Positions 1-8,656 of a stretch of 39,981 nt of DNA are shown here, one piece after another (position 1 is the stretch's first letter; each line of letters starts with the position of its first letter). A program made the position numbers and the translations under genes. The DNA is from Alphaproteobacteria bacterium (lineage in GTDB: Bacteria; Pseudomonadota; Alphaproteobacteria; Holosporales; JBOFFI01). Where the stretch lies: positions 1 through 39,981 of the forward strand of contig JBOFKI010000057.1 of NCBI GenBank assembly GCA_051657245.1, given 5' to 3'. The notes under the pieces are model-generated. The model made no database searches. It saw only the letters and a list, made by a program, of their open reading frames with translations, and had not been told where the DNA came from.

Positions 1-1588
1 GAAGGATTTTTTCTGGGTCTGTTTCCGGCGTGACTGTTGCTGTAGACACAAGATTTGTCGTTACCACCTGACTTGTCGTTACCGCCGGATCAGAATAGGG
101 GTCAAAGATGCGTCCATAAATATCAGGGGTGCCTGCTCGGTCGTCTGTCCAAGCGACCAATATATTTCCATTTTTCAACAATTTCACCCGAGGATCAATC
201 TGAATCCCTGTCAACGTTTTTGGGTTGAGGAGAACCTCGTCACCAAGGAATGTACCATTAGAAGCCATAAGACGCCCGTAAAGGCTTGGGACACCTGTCT
301 GATCGCCGTCCCATACAATAAAGGCATTGCCGTCGCTTAGTGCCGTGACGGAAGCATTCGCCTGATTCCCATCTGTTACCTGATTAATCTTAAGTTGATT
401 GCTTAAAACCGCACCGCTTTCTGAAAAAAACCGCCCATAAATATCGAGATTCCCAGCTTGATCACCTTGCCAAACCACCAAAATTTTGTCATTACCAAGG
501 GCTGCTACAGAGGATTTAGTTTGGTCTCCAGCCACAATTTGGTTGATGGTGAACTCATTGCTGAAAGCGGTTCCGTTGGGGAACATCACCCGACCATAAA
601 GGTCAAGGTTTCCTGTTTGGGTGCCTTGCCACGTCACAAAAATGTTGTTGTTGTTTAAAACTGCTCCAGATGGATCATATTGGCGTCCAGATGCATAATA
701 TTGGTTGATTAGAAAATTATTGGTAAGGACTGTGCCATTGGGAGCCAATACATATCCAAAAATATCGCTGCCTACTGGGTATCCTTCCCAAGCTATAAAA
801 ATATTACCATTATTTAAGCTCATCAACAAAAGAGAAGGTGGAGATGATTGAATGATAAAAACCTCATTACTGAAGCCTACCCCAGTTGAATTTGTTCCGC
901 GTCCGTAGATGTAATTATTATTATAGTTTGTCCACGCCACGAAAGCGTTACCGTTGTTCAGCGCTGTCACGGAAGGATAATATTGATCACCTGCTGTATT
1001 TTGGTTGATCGTCAATTCGTCGCCCAGGGGGGCGCCTGTGGCGCTGAACACACGCCCAAGAATATCATAGGTTTTCGTTTGATTTCCCTGCCAGGTCACC
1101 AAGGCATTGCCATCTTCCAAAGCTGCTATAGAGGGGTTTGTCTGGATTCCCGTTGTATTCTGGTTGATCAAGAATTCATCCGTCACTGGCCGGATAGCGT
1201 GGGCGGTGGCGATTTGGGTGGCAAGGCCTGCAACCAGGGCTTCCCCTGGGTGTTTGATGGCATAGGAAATACCTCTGGCGACAAGGCCCACAAGGCCTTT
1301 AGATCCCTCAAAAGCGAGATCCGCCACATTTTCAAGGTTTTTCAGCATCCACGCGGGATATCTCATGGGGGCTGCAGCTTGGGACACAACCTGAGCGACC
1401 TCTTGTGAGCGCTTAGGTGCTCTAACACTATCCTCGCTGATAATCGCTTCACTGCTTTGAGAACTTACCGGCATAGCGTAAACCGAAGCTAGAGATGCAT
1501 TCAACACCGCAAAACTCAACGTTGCGCACAACGCCTTCCGAGTGATCGTGCCAAAATTAAAACTATTTTCTTGAAACATAATACCCAT
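1..1588 (-). CDS. Secreted/surface protein with seven ~50-55 aa tandem repeats (putative 7-bladed beta-propeller) followed by a Thr-rich linker; C-terminus runs off the window
   Basis: Not in the ORF track because it has no stop in the window. Manual translation from ATG 1588 (or 1579) is open to base 2: MGIMFQENSFNFGTITRKALCATLSFAVLNASLASVYA (signal-like), then repeats of the form EFxINQxTxGxQxxPSVxALxxGNxxVxWxGxQxGxxDIYGRxxxxxG, ending IYGRIFDPYSDPAVTTSQVVTTNLVSTATVTPETDPEKIL. Confidence 0.85.
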   Translation of the reverse strand, partial: MGIMFQENSFNFGTITRKALCATLSFAVLNASLASVYAMPVSSQSSEAIISEDSVRAPKRSQEVAQVVSQAAAPMRYPAWMLKNLENVADLAFEGSKGLVGLVARGISYAIKHPGEALVAGLATQIATAHAIRPVTDEFLINQNTTGIQTNPSIAALEDGNALVTWQGNQTKTYDILGRVFSATGAPLGDELTINQNTAGDQYYPSVTALNNGNAFVAWTNYNNNYIYGRGTNSTGVGFSNEVFIIQSSPPSLLLMSLNNGNIFIAWEGYPVGSDIFGYVLAPNGTVLTNNFLINQYYASGRQYDPSGAVLNNNNIFVTWQGTQTGNLDLYGRVMFPNGTAFSNEFTINQIVAGDQTKSSVAALGNDKILVVWQGDQAGNLDIYGRFFSESGAVLSNQLKINQVTDGNQANASVTALSDGNAFIVWDGDQTGVPSLYGRLMASNGTFLGDEVLLNPKTLTGIQIDPRVKLLKNGNILVAWTDDRAGTPDIYGRIFDPYSDPAVTTSQVVTTNLVSTATVTPETDPEKIL

Positions 1589-1824
1589 CAGGAACACCCC
1601 TTACCAATTTTGAATTTATCTAATTGAAAATTATGTTTTTTCAAAAAAGATTTCATGATTATTAGACACAAATGATTGATTTATCAAATTTAAAATGGGA
1701 AAATTTTTACACGTTGTCGAGATTTTTAAGGGTGCGATTATTTTTCCACATTTCGGACGAATCCACCCGACTCAACGCATACAGACGCATAAAATTATAA
1801 TTTTAATAAAATTTTTGATATTTC

Positions 1825-1853
1825 TTGAACGGGCGTTGGTTGGGTGATAGACT
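1825..1853 (+). promoter_or_regulatory. Putative sigma70 promoter for the PLD gene
   Basis: TTGAAC-N17-TAGACT, with the -10 ending 9 nt before the ATG at 1863; no obvious SD. Confidence 0.45.
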
Positions 1854-1862
1854 CTGTCTACT

Positions 1863-2465
1863 ATGCGTCGTCGTAATCTCCGTTTCAAAATAGGCTCCGT
1901 GCCGATCACCCTGTCCCGGGCTTCTTTTCCCTTCTCCCTTGTTTTTTTAACAGGGTTGGGGGCGGGCTTTCTCTCAGCCTGGTTTGCACAGCCTGAGCTG
2001 TTTTCCTCCGACGAAGAAAATCGGAAGATTTATGTGTGCTTTTCCCCAGGGGGAAATTGTGAGCAACTCATTTTAAACGCCATCTTTGAAGCCAAAACCA
2101 ACATCTTTGTCCAAGCCTATGCTTTTACATCAAAGCCTGTCGCCCAGGCTTTGATCGATGCTTTTCAGCGAGGTGTCCACGTGCGGGTTTTGTGTGATAA
2201 AGGCCAATTTTCCATGAAGCATTCAGTTGTCCATCGCCTCCAAGCTTTTGGAATAGAGGTGGTGCCAGATTTGGTGAGGGGGCTTGCCCATAACAAGATT
2301 CTTCTCATTGATGGCAAGCGCCTTCTTTTGGGATCTTACAATTTCACCCACGCGGCAAACCATGCAAACGCAGAAAATTTGCTGTGCATTCAAGACCCAA
2401 AACTTTATGAAATTTACTTGAAAAATTGGGAAAAGCGCTACCAAGAGTCTAAAGACAAAATGTAG
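1863..2465 (+). CDS. Phospholipase D/Nuc-like single-HKD family protein with an N-terminal membrane anchor
   Basis: HNKILLID...GSYNFT...ANAEN motif; FSPGG..E and QAYAFT typical of the Nuc/PLD6 family. Confidence 0.9.
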   Translation: MRRRNLRFKIGSVPITLSRASFPFSLVFLTGLGAGFLSAWFAQPELFSSDEENRKIYVCFSPGGNCEQLILNAIFEAKTNIFVQAYAFTSKPVAQALIDAFQRGVHVRVLCDKGQFSMKHSVVHRLQAFGIEVVPDLVRGLAHNKILLIDGKRLLLGSYNFTHAANHANAENLLCIQDPKLYEIYLKNWEKRYQESKDKM

Positions 2466-2474
2466 CACCCAATT

Positions 2475-2888
2475 TTATGACGCCTTAATGCTTAACAACT
2501 CAACGTCAAACACCAACGTCGCGTTAGGGGGAATGACCGGAGGAGCACCGCGAGCCCCGTAACCCAAGGCTGCTGGAATCGTAAATCTTCGTTGCTCTCC
2601 CACTTTCATGGTGGCAACCCCTTCGTCCCATCCCTTGATCACTTGGCCAACGCCAAGCGTAAATTCAAAAGCATCGCCGCGGTCTCTTGAGGAGTCAAAT
2701 TTCGTACCATCTTCTAATGTGCCCGTGTAGTGGACAACAACTCTGTCGCCTTTTTTAGGCGAATCACCTGTGCCTTCTTTCAGCACCTCATACATCAGGC
2801 CAGATTCAGTCTGGGTCATTTGCTCTGCTGTTGCGTGTTCTGACATCGCAAGTCCTCCTATTAACGCAATGATAAATTTTAACCGCAT
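2475..2888 (-). CDS. FKBP-type peptidyl-prolyl cis-trans isomerase, exported
   Basis: [43 protein letters not shown]; N-terminal signal peptide. Confidence 0.95.
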   Translation of the reverse strand: MRLKFIIALIGGLAMSEHATAEQMTQTESGLMYEVLKEGTGDSPKKGDRVVVHYTGTLEDGTKFDSSRDRGDAFEFTLGVGQVIKGWDEGVATMKVGEQRRFTIPAALGYGARGAPPVIPPNATLVFDVELLSIKAS

Positions 2889-3065
2889 CTCAATTAATCC
2901 TTATTATCGATAGCTATTGCGTGTTGTGATCTTTTCACTTGGGTTTAGTCATACATGATTTGTTCAATTTGTACACGAAGAATTTGCATGGGCAGCGATG
3001 AATGCAACGTACCAAGCGATGTACTTTTTTCAAAAAAAAATCGAAAAACCTTTGAACAGATAACG

Positions 3066-3080
3066 ATTCGTTGTACGTTC
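3066..3080 (+). promoter_or_regulatory. Putative alphaproteobacterial LexA box upstream of uvrA
   Basis: ATTC-N7-GTTC, one mismatch to the GTTC-N7-GTTC consensus, ending about 40 nt before the uvrA ATG. Confidence 0.45.
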
Positions 3081-3118
3081 CCTCTATCAAGATATGGAAT
3101 TTTAACTGTGAAGGTACG

Positions 3119-5944
3119 ATGACACAGACAATCGAAATCCGAGGGGCTCGGGAGCACAATTTAAAAAATATTGATGTCACCCTGCCTCGGGAAAAGCTGG
3201 TGGTGATTACGGGGTTGAGTGGCTCAGGCAAGTCTTCCCTCGCTTTTGATACCCTCTATGCCGAGGGGCAACGGCGCTATGTGGAAAGCCTTTCCGCCTA
3301 TGCACGTCAATTTCTTGAGATGATGAAAAAGCCAGATGTGGACAGCATTGAGGGGCTTTCTCCCGCTATTTCCATTGAGCAAAAAACCACTTCCAAGAAT
3401 CCACGCTCCACCGTGGGGACGGTGACAGAGATTTATGACTATTTGCGGCTCCTTTTCGCTCGGGTGGGAGTTCCCTACTCTCCGGCCACGGGGCTTCCCA
3501 TCCAAGCCCAGACGGTCTCTCAAATGGTGGATCGTCTGTTGGAGTGGCCGGAGGGAACGAAGCTCTACCTTCTTGCTCCCTTGGTGAGGGGACGTAAAGG
3601 GGAATATCGCAAAGAGCTGACAGACCTTCGTAAGCAAGGTTTTCAGCGGGTGATGATTGATGGGGCGCTCCATGAATTGGATCATCTCCCCGCGTTAGAT
3701 AAGCAAAAGAAACACACCATCGATGTGGTGGTGGACCGATTTGTGCTTTCCCCTGATAAAATCCAGCGTCTGGCAGAAGCCTTTGAAACGGCCATCAAGC
3801 TCAGCGATGGGCTTGCCTATGCTGAAAATCTTGAAACCGGGGAACGCCTCACCTTCTCATCCCGCTTTTCTTGCCCTGTCTCGGGGTTTACCCTGGATGA
3901 AATTGAGCCGCGCCTCTTTTCATTCAACAGCCCCTTCGGCGCTTGCCCCACCTGTGACGGACTTGGGGTCCAAATTATATTTGACCCAGAAAAAATTGTT
4001 CCAGACCCCTCCCTTTCTTTAGCAGATGGTGCGATTGCACCTTGGGCGGGAGGCTTTTTCTTTTATTATCTCCAAACTCTGGAGGCTTTGGGCCATCACT
4101 ACGGCTTTTCTTTGAAGGTTCCCTATCAAGACCTTCCTGAAAAGGTCAAAAAGATCCTTTTGTATGGTTCTGGAAGTGAATCTATTCAGATGAATATTCA
4201 AGATGAGTCCCGAAGCTATCGTGCCAAAAAGCCTTTCGAGGGTCTCATTCCTTCCCTCGAGCGCCGTTGGAAGGAAAGCAACAAAGATAGCCAGCATGAA
4301 GAAAGTGGTCGCTATCAAACCAGCACGCCTTGCAAAGCCTGCCAGAGCTATCGCTTGAAGCAGGAAGCCCTCGCGGTTAAAATTGCAGGCTTTCATATCG
4401 GTGAGGTGACAACCCTGTCTATCCAACAAGCGCATGCTTGGTTTCAAGAACTTGGAGAGAAATTAACGCTCCAACAGCGGGAAATTGCTGTACGGATCCT
4501 GAAGGAAATTTCGGAGCGCCTTGGGTTTTTGACAAGCGTTGGGCTGGGCTACCTGTCCCTTTCGCGTTCTTCGGGGACCCTTTCAGGGGGCGAAAGCCAA
4601 CGTATTCGATTGGCTTCTCAGATTGGTTCAGGGTTGACAGGGGTGCTTTATGTGCTGGATGAGCCTTCCATCGGGCTTCACCAGCGGGATAATGATCGTT
4701 TGCTAGAAACCCTTAAGCGCTTGCGAGATTTGGGCAATACCGTGATTGTGGTGGAGCACGATGAAGATGCCATGCGCCAAGCGGATTACCTGGTGGATAT
4801 GGGCCCCGGGGCAGGGCGTCACGGGGGACAGATTGTGGCCCAGGGAACTCCCCAAGATGTGATGCAAAATCCTGAAAGCCTCACAGGGGCGTACCTGACG
4901 GGGAAAAATCAGATTCCCGTGCCTTCAAAGCGTCGGCCTGGCCACGAGGGAAAATATTTACACCTGGAAGGCGCGACAGCTCATAATTTAAAAGATGTGA
5001 CGGTGGATTTTCCCCTGGGGCGCCTGATCTGTGTGACGGGGGTTTCTGGTGGCGGAAAGTCATCCCTGGTTATCGAAACCCTTTATAAAGCTCTTGCTCA
5101 GCTATTTTATAAAAACTCAGACAAGCCAGGAGACTATAAACTTCTTGAGGGCACCGAGCATATCGATAAAATTATTGATATTGATCAGTCACCCATTGGG
5201 CGTACCCCGCGTTCGAATCCTGCTACCTATACAGGGGTATTTACCCCCATCCGGGATTGGTTTGCGGCACTGCCTGAGGCCAAGGCAAGGGGATATAAAG
5301 CAAGCCGTTTCTCTTTTAATGTGAAAGGGGGTAGGTGCGAGGCTTGCTCAGGGGATGGTATGCTGAAGATTGAAATGCATTTCCTCCCCGACGTTTATGT
5401 GACGTGTGATGTGTGCCAGGGTAAGCGCTATAGCCGAGAAACTTTAGAGGTGCGTTTTAAGCAAAAATCCATTGCGGATGTGTTGGAGATGACCGTTGAT
5501 GAAGCCCTTGAATTTTTCGAAGCAATGCCGTCTATCCGGGATAAACTTCAAACCCTTTCTAAGGTAGGGTTGGGATACGTTCATGTGGGCCAGCACGCCA
5601 CCACCCTTTCAGGAGGCGAGGCCCAACGCATTAAATTGGCTAAAGAGCTCTCCAAGCGGGCTACGGGGCGTACGCTCTATATTTTAGATGAGCCCACCAC
5701 GGGGCTTCATTTTGAGGATGTGAAAAAGCTTTTGGAGGTGCTCCACGCGTTTGTTGACCAGGGTAACACGGTGCTGGTGATTGAGCACAATCTGGAGGTC
5801 ATCAAAACCGCAGACTGGATTATTGATCTGGGTCCTGAAGGGGGAGACGAGGGGGGGTGCATCGTAGCCCAGGGGACGCCAGAGACGGTGGCACAAGTTC
5901 CTGAAAGCTATACGGGTGCTTTTTTGAAACCGTATCTTTCCTAA
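3119..5944 (+). CDS. uvrA: Excinuclease ABC subunit A
   Basis: [34 protein letters not shown], two ABC modules ([16 protein letters not shown]), zinc fingers. Start set at ATG 3119 (MTQTIEI) after an AAGG SD. Confidence 0.98.
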   Translation: MTQTIEIRGAREHNLKNIDVTLPREKLVVITGLSGSGKSSLAFDTLYAEGQRRYVESLSAYARQFLEMMKKPDVDSIEGLSPAISIEQKTTSKNPRSTVGTVTEIYDYLRLLFARVGVPYSPATGLPIQAQTVSQMVDRLLEWPEGTKLYLLAPLVRGRKGEYRKELTDLRKQGFQRVMIDGALHELDHLPALDKQKKHTIDVVVDRFVLSPDKIQRLAEAFETAIKLSDGLAYAENLETGERLTFSSRFSCPVSGFTLDEIEPRLFSFNSPFGACPTCDGLGVQIIFDPEKIVPDPSLSLADGAIAPWAGGFFFYYLQTLEALGHHYGFSLKVPYQDLPEKVKKILLYGSGSESIQMNIQDESRSYRAKKPFEGLIPSLERRWKESNKDSQHEESGRYQTSTPCKACQSYRLKQEALAVKIAGFHIGEVTTLSIQQAHAWFQELGEKLTLQQREIAVRILKEISERLGFLTSVGLGYLSLSRSSGTLSGGESQRIRLASQIGSGLTGVLYVLDEPSIGLHQRDNDRLLETLKRLRDLGNTVIVVEHDEDAMRQADYLVDMGPGAGRHGGQIVAQGTPQDVMQNPESLTGAYLTGKNQIPVPSKRRPGHEGKYLHLEGATAHNLKDVTVDFPLGRLICVTGVSGGGKSSLVIETLYKALAQLFYKNSDKPGDYKLLEGTEHIDKIIDIDQSPIGRTPRSNPATYTGVFTPIRDWFAALPEAKARGYKASRFSFNVKGGRCEACSGDGMLKIEMHFLPDVYVTCDVCQGKRYSRETLEVRFKQKSIADVLEMTVDEALEFFEAMPSIRDKLQTLSKVGLGYVHVGQHATTLSGGEAQRIKLAKELSKRATGRTLYILDEPTTGLHFEDVKKLLEVLHAFVDQGNTVLVIEHNLEVIKTADWIIDLGPEGGDEGGCIVAQGTPETVAQVPESYTGAFLKPYLS

Positions 5945-6023
5945 ATTTTATAAAAATCAGCTACCAAACACACGTGGTTCAGTGATACCTTCGGGGGAAT
6001 TTAGGGAGAAATAAGGAGATTAT

Positions 6024-7313
6024 ATGCCACGCATTCAAAGCATTCGAGGAAGGGAAATTTTAGACTCCCGTGGGTTTCCCACCGTTGAAGTTGATGTGAT
6101 CCTTGAGGGGGGAGTCCGAGGGCGGGCTTGTGTCCCTTCAGGAGCTTCCACAGGAAGTCATGAAGCGTTGGAGCGTCGGGATGGCGATATGCGTCGTTAC
6201 CAGGGCAAAGGCGTTTTGCAGGTGCTACGCTCTATCCATGAGGTCATTTCGCCAGCTTTGCAAGGCATGCCTGCCCATCAGCAGGTTTTGATAGACAAGA
6301 CGTTGATCAGCTTGGATGGAACACCCCGCAAGACGAATCTGGGTGCCAATGCATTGTTGGGGGTGAGCCTTGCCTGCGCCAAGGCCATGTCGATCTTTCT
6401 TAAAATTCCGGCCTATCAGTGGATGGGGGGCATGGTGAGGCAGCTGCCAGTTCCTTTGATGAATATTTTGAACGGTGGCGTCCATGCTAATAACCAGCTT
6501 GATTTTCAAGAATTTATGATTGTTCCCTGGGGGGCAACGTCATTTCGCCAATCCCTTGAAATGGGAGCTTCTGTTTTTCATACCCTGAAGCACCAGCTAG
6601 CCAGAAGCGGGCAGGGGACTCAGGTGGGAGATGAGGGCGGGTTCGCCCCTGCTTTTCGCTCCACAAAGGAAGCGTTGGACAGTTTGATGGAAGCGATTAC
6701 CCAGGCCGGCTTTCAACCTGGGCGGGATATAGCTTTGGCGTTGGATGTCGCAGCCTCAGAACTTCTTGAAGAAGGGAACTATCACCTGAAAGGAGAAGGG
6801 CAAAAGGGTGACGCAGCTTGGCTAATTGCTTATTATCAAGAGCTTATTAAAGATTATCCCATCATCTCCCTTGAGGATGGCCTGGGGGAAGACGATTGGC
6901 AGGGATGGCAAGCCCTCACCCAAACCCTTGGAAATTCTGTTCAATTGGTGGGTGATGATGTGTTTGTGACCCACCAAAGCCGCCTCAACCAAGGTATTGA
7001 GCAGGGGGTCGCCAATGCCATCCTTATTAAACCAAACCAAGTGGGCACCCTCACAGAAACCCTGGATGTGGTGAAAGCGGCCCAGCGGCATGGTTATAGT
7101 ACCATCATGTCCCATCGCTCTGGGGAAACGGAAGATAGTTTTTTGGCGGATCTGGCTGTGGGGGCCCGTTGCTCCCAAATCAAAGTAGGTTCACTTGCCA
7201 GATCTGAACGGCTGAGCAAGTATAATCAGATGCTTCGCATTGAAGAAGAGATGGGAAAACAAGCCATCTTTTGGAGGAAGCACGCTTTTTTAATAAATCA
7301 TAAATATTGTTAA
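6024..7313 (+). CDS. eno: Enolase
   Basis: REILDSRGFPTVEV, VPSGASTG, GDEGGFAP, LIKPNQVGTLTE, SHRSGETED; AAGGAG SD. Confidence 0.97.
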   Translation: MPRIQSIRGREILDSRGFPTVEVDVILEGGVRGRACVPSGASTGSHEALERRDGDMRRYQGKGVLQVLRSIHEVISPALQGMPAHQQVLIDKTLISLDGTPRKTNLGANALLGVSLACAKAMSIFLKIPAYQWMGGMVRQLPVPLMNILNGGVHANNQLDFQEFMIVPWGATSFRQSLEMGASVFHTLKHQLARSGQGTQVGDEGGFAPAFRSTKEALDSLMEAITQAGFQPGRDIALALDVAASELLEEGNYHLKGEGQKGDAAWLIAYYQELIKDYPIISLEDGLGEDDWQGWQALTQTLGNSVQLVGDDVFVTHQSRLNQGIEQGVANAILIKPNQVGTLTETLDVVKAAQRHGYSTIMSHRSGETEDSFLADLAVGARCSQIKVGSLARSERLSKYNQMLRIEEEMGKQAIFWRKHAFLINHKYC

Positions 7314-7395
7314 AAAGTAACTAAATAATTAAAAATTATTAATTTAATATTAAATTAATGTTAGATATTACTTTTACTTTGAAAAAGGAAATTGT

Positions 7396-8478
7396 ATGTC
7401 TAGTTTAAATGCATCTATATTTTTGAAAATCATGCTTATTGTTTTTACGATGCCCCATCTTTCTTTCGCAAAAGGAGGAGGGCCTGCATATTTTGATTCA
7501 CAGCCACCAGAGATCATAGAAGAGATTTTTCGAAAACTTCCGCAGAGTGATCAAAAAAACGTCCGTTTGCTTAATAAAAGGTGCAATGAAATTGTCACTC
7601 CTTTCATTAAACACATTAAAATTACAGGTCAAATCTCAGGCGATGATTTTTCAGTATTTGAAAAATTTATTAAAAATTTGAGAAATATTAGAATTGAATT
7701 CTTTCAAAAGCCGACCGAGGCTGTTTTAAAGCTGCTCCCCAGCATACGTATCAATACGCTAAGGCTGCACGAGATTGATGCGCAGGGTATTCAGGGCCTG
7801 ATGTGCAATCTTCCGCATAACATTAGAGGGCTTGACCTACGGAGCAATGGTATTGGCTACGTAGGTGTGCAGGCGCTAGCAGAGAACCTTCCGCCTACCC
7901 TTCAACAACTTTATCTAAGCGGAAATAATATTGGTGATGCAGGCATGCAGGCGCTAGCAGAGAACCTTCCGCCTACCCTTCAACAACTTTATCTAAGCGG
8001 AAATAATATTGGTGATGCAGGCATGCAGGCGCTGGCAAAAAAGTTACCGGCTACTCTTCAGAAACTTTATCTAAGCGGAAATAATATTGGTGATGCAGGC
8101 ATGCAGGCGCTGGCAAAAAAGCTCCCGGCTACTCTTCAACAACTTTGCATGGGTTGGAGTGACATAGGTGATGCAGGTGCCCAGGCACTAGCAGAAAACA
8201 TTCCACCCAATCTTCAAGTACTTTGGTTGAATAGCAATAATAAGATTCTCGATACGGGTTTGCGGGCATTGGCAAAAAAATTTCCGCTTGCCCTTCGAGA
8301 ATTCTATTTTAGAAATTTCAAGATTACAGATGAAGGTTGGACTGCTTTGTTGGGAGCGATTCCAAGAACATCTTTGGAAAAAGTGACTACTTCTGAGCCA
8401 AAAGATTCATCCCTTTGTGAGCAATTTAAAAACCTCCGCAATCAACAAGGCCACCCTGTCACCGTGAACTTTGAATAA
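7396..8478 (+). CDS. Signal peptide + F-box-like + leucine-rich-repeat protein (candidate effector)
   Basis: F-box-like PPEIIEEIFRKLPQSDQKNVRLLNKRCNEIV; 26-aa LRRs LQQLYLSGNNIGDAGMQALAENLPPT; AAGGA SD. Confidence 0.85.
   Translation: MSSLNASIFLKIMLIVFTMPHLSFAKGGGPAYFDSQPPEIIEEIFRKLPQSDQKNVRLLNKRCNEIVTPFIKHIKITGQISGDDFSVFEKFIKNLRNIRIEFFQKPTEAVLKLLPSIRINTLRLHEIDAQGIQGLMCNLPHNIRGLDLRSNGIGYVGVQALAENLPPTLQQLYLSGNNIGDAGMQALAENLPPTLQQLYLSGNNIGDAGMQALAKKLPATLQKLYLSGNNIGDAGMQALAKKLPATLQQLCMGWSDIGDAGAQALAENIPPNLQVLWLNSNNKILDTGLRALAKKFPLALREFYFRNFKITDEGWTALLGAIPRTSLEKVTTSEPKDSSLCEQFKNLRNQQGHPVTVNFE
7868..8200 (+). repeat. 78-bp tandem repeats encoding LRR units
   Basis: tgcaggcgctagcagagaaccttccgcctaccc recurs at 7868 and 7946 (period 78 nt); later units diverge progressively. 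Confidence 0.9.
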
Positions 8479-8486
8479 ATCGCAGC

Positions 8487-8523
8487 GACCCCCTCTTCTC
8501 ACGCAGAAGAGGGGGTCTTTTTT
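8487..8523 (+). terminator. Rho-independent terminator
   Basis: gaccccctcttct-cacgc-agaagagggggtc perfect 13-bp stem followed by TTTTTT. Confidence 0.9.
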
Positions 8524-8570
8524 AGATGCCTCCTTTCAAGTGCCCCCTTTTTCTTCAATTGTGGAAAAAT

Positions 8571-8617
8571 TAACAAGATATTGTGTGTTGCAAAAAAAAA
8601 TAAACTAGATATAGTGG
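8571..8617 (+). promoter_or_regulatory. Tandem NrdR boxes overlapping the nrdAB promoter
   Basis: taacaagatattgtgt (8571-8586) and aaactagatatagtgg (8602-8617) match acaCwAtATaTwGtgt in reverse orientation, 31 bp apart. TTGCAA (8588)-N16-TATAGT (8610) overlaps the second box. Confidence 0.8.
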
Positions 8618-8656
8618 TTTTTAGATTTTAAGAAACGGGTAGTTTTTTTAAAAACG

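Noticed and set aside
458-1408. Plus-strand ORFs 458-658 and 983-1408
   Set aside because: Antisense shadows of the minus-strand repeat protein.
7344-7358. CtrA-like TTAA-N7-TTAA upstream of the LRR gene
   Set aside because: Lies in an almost pure A/T stretch where the pattern arises by chance.
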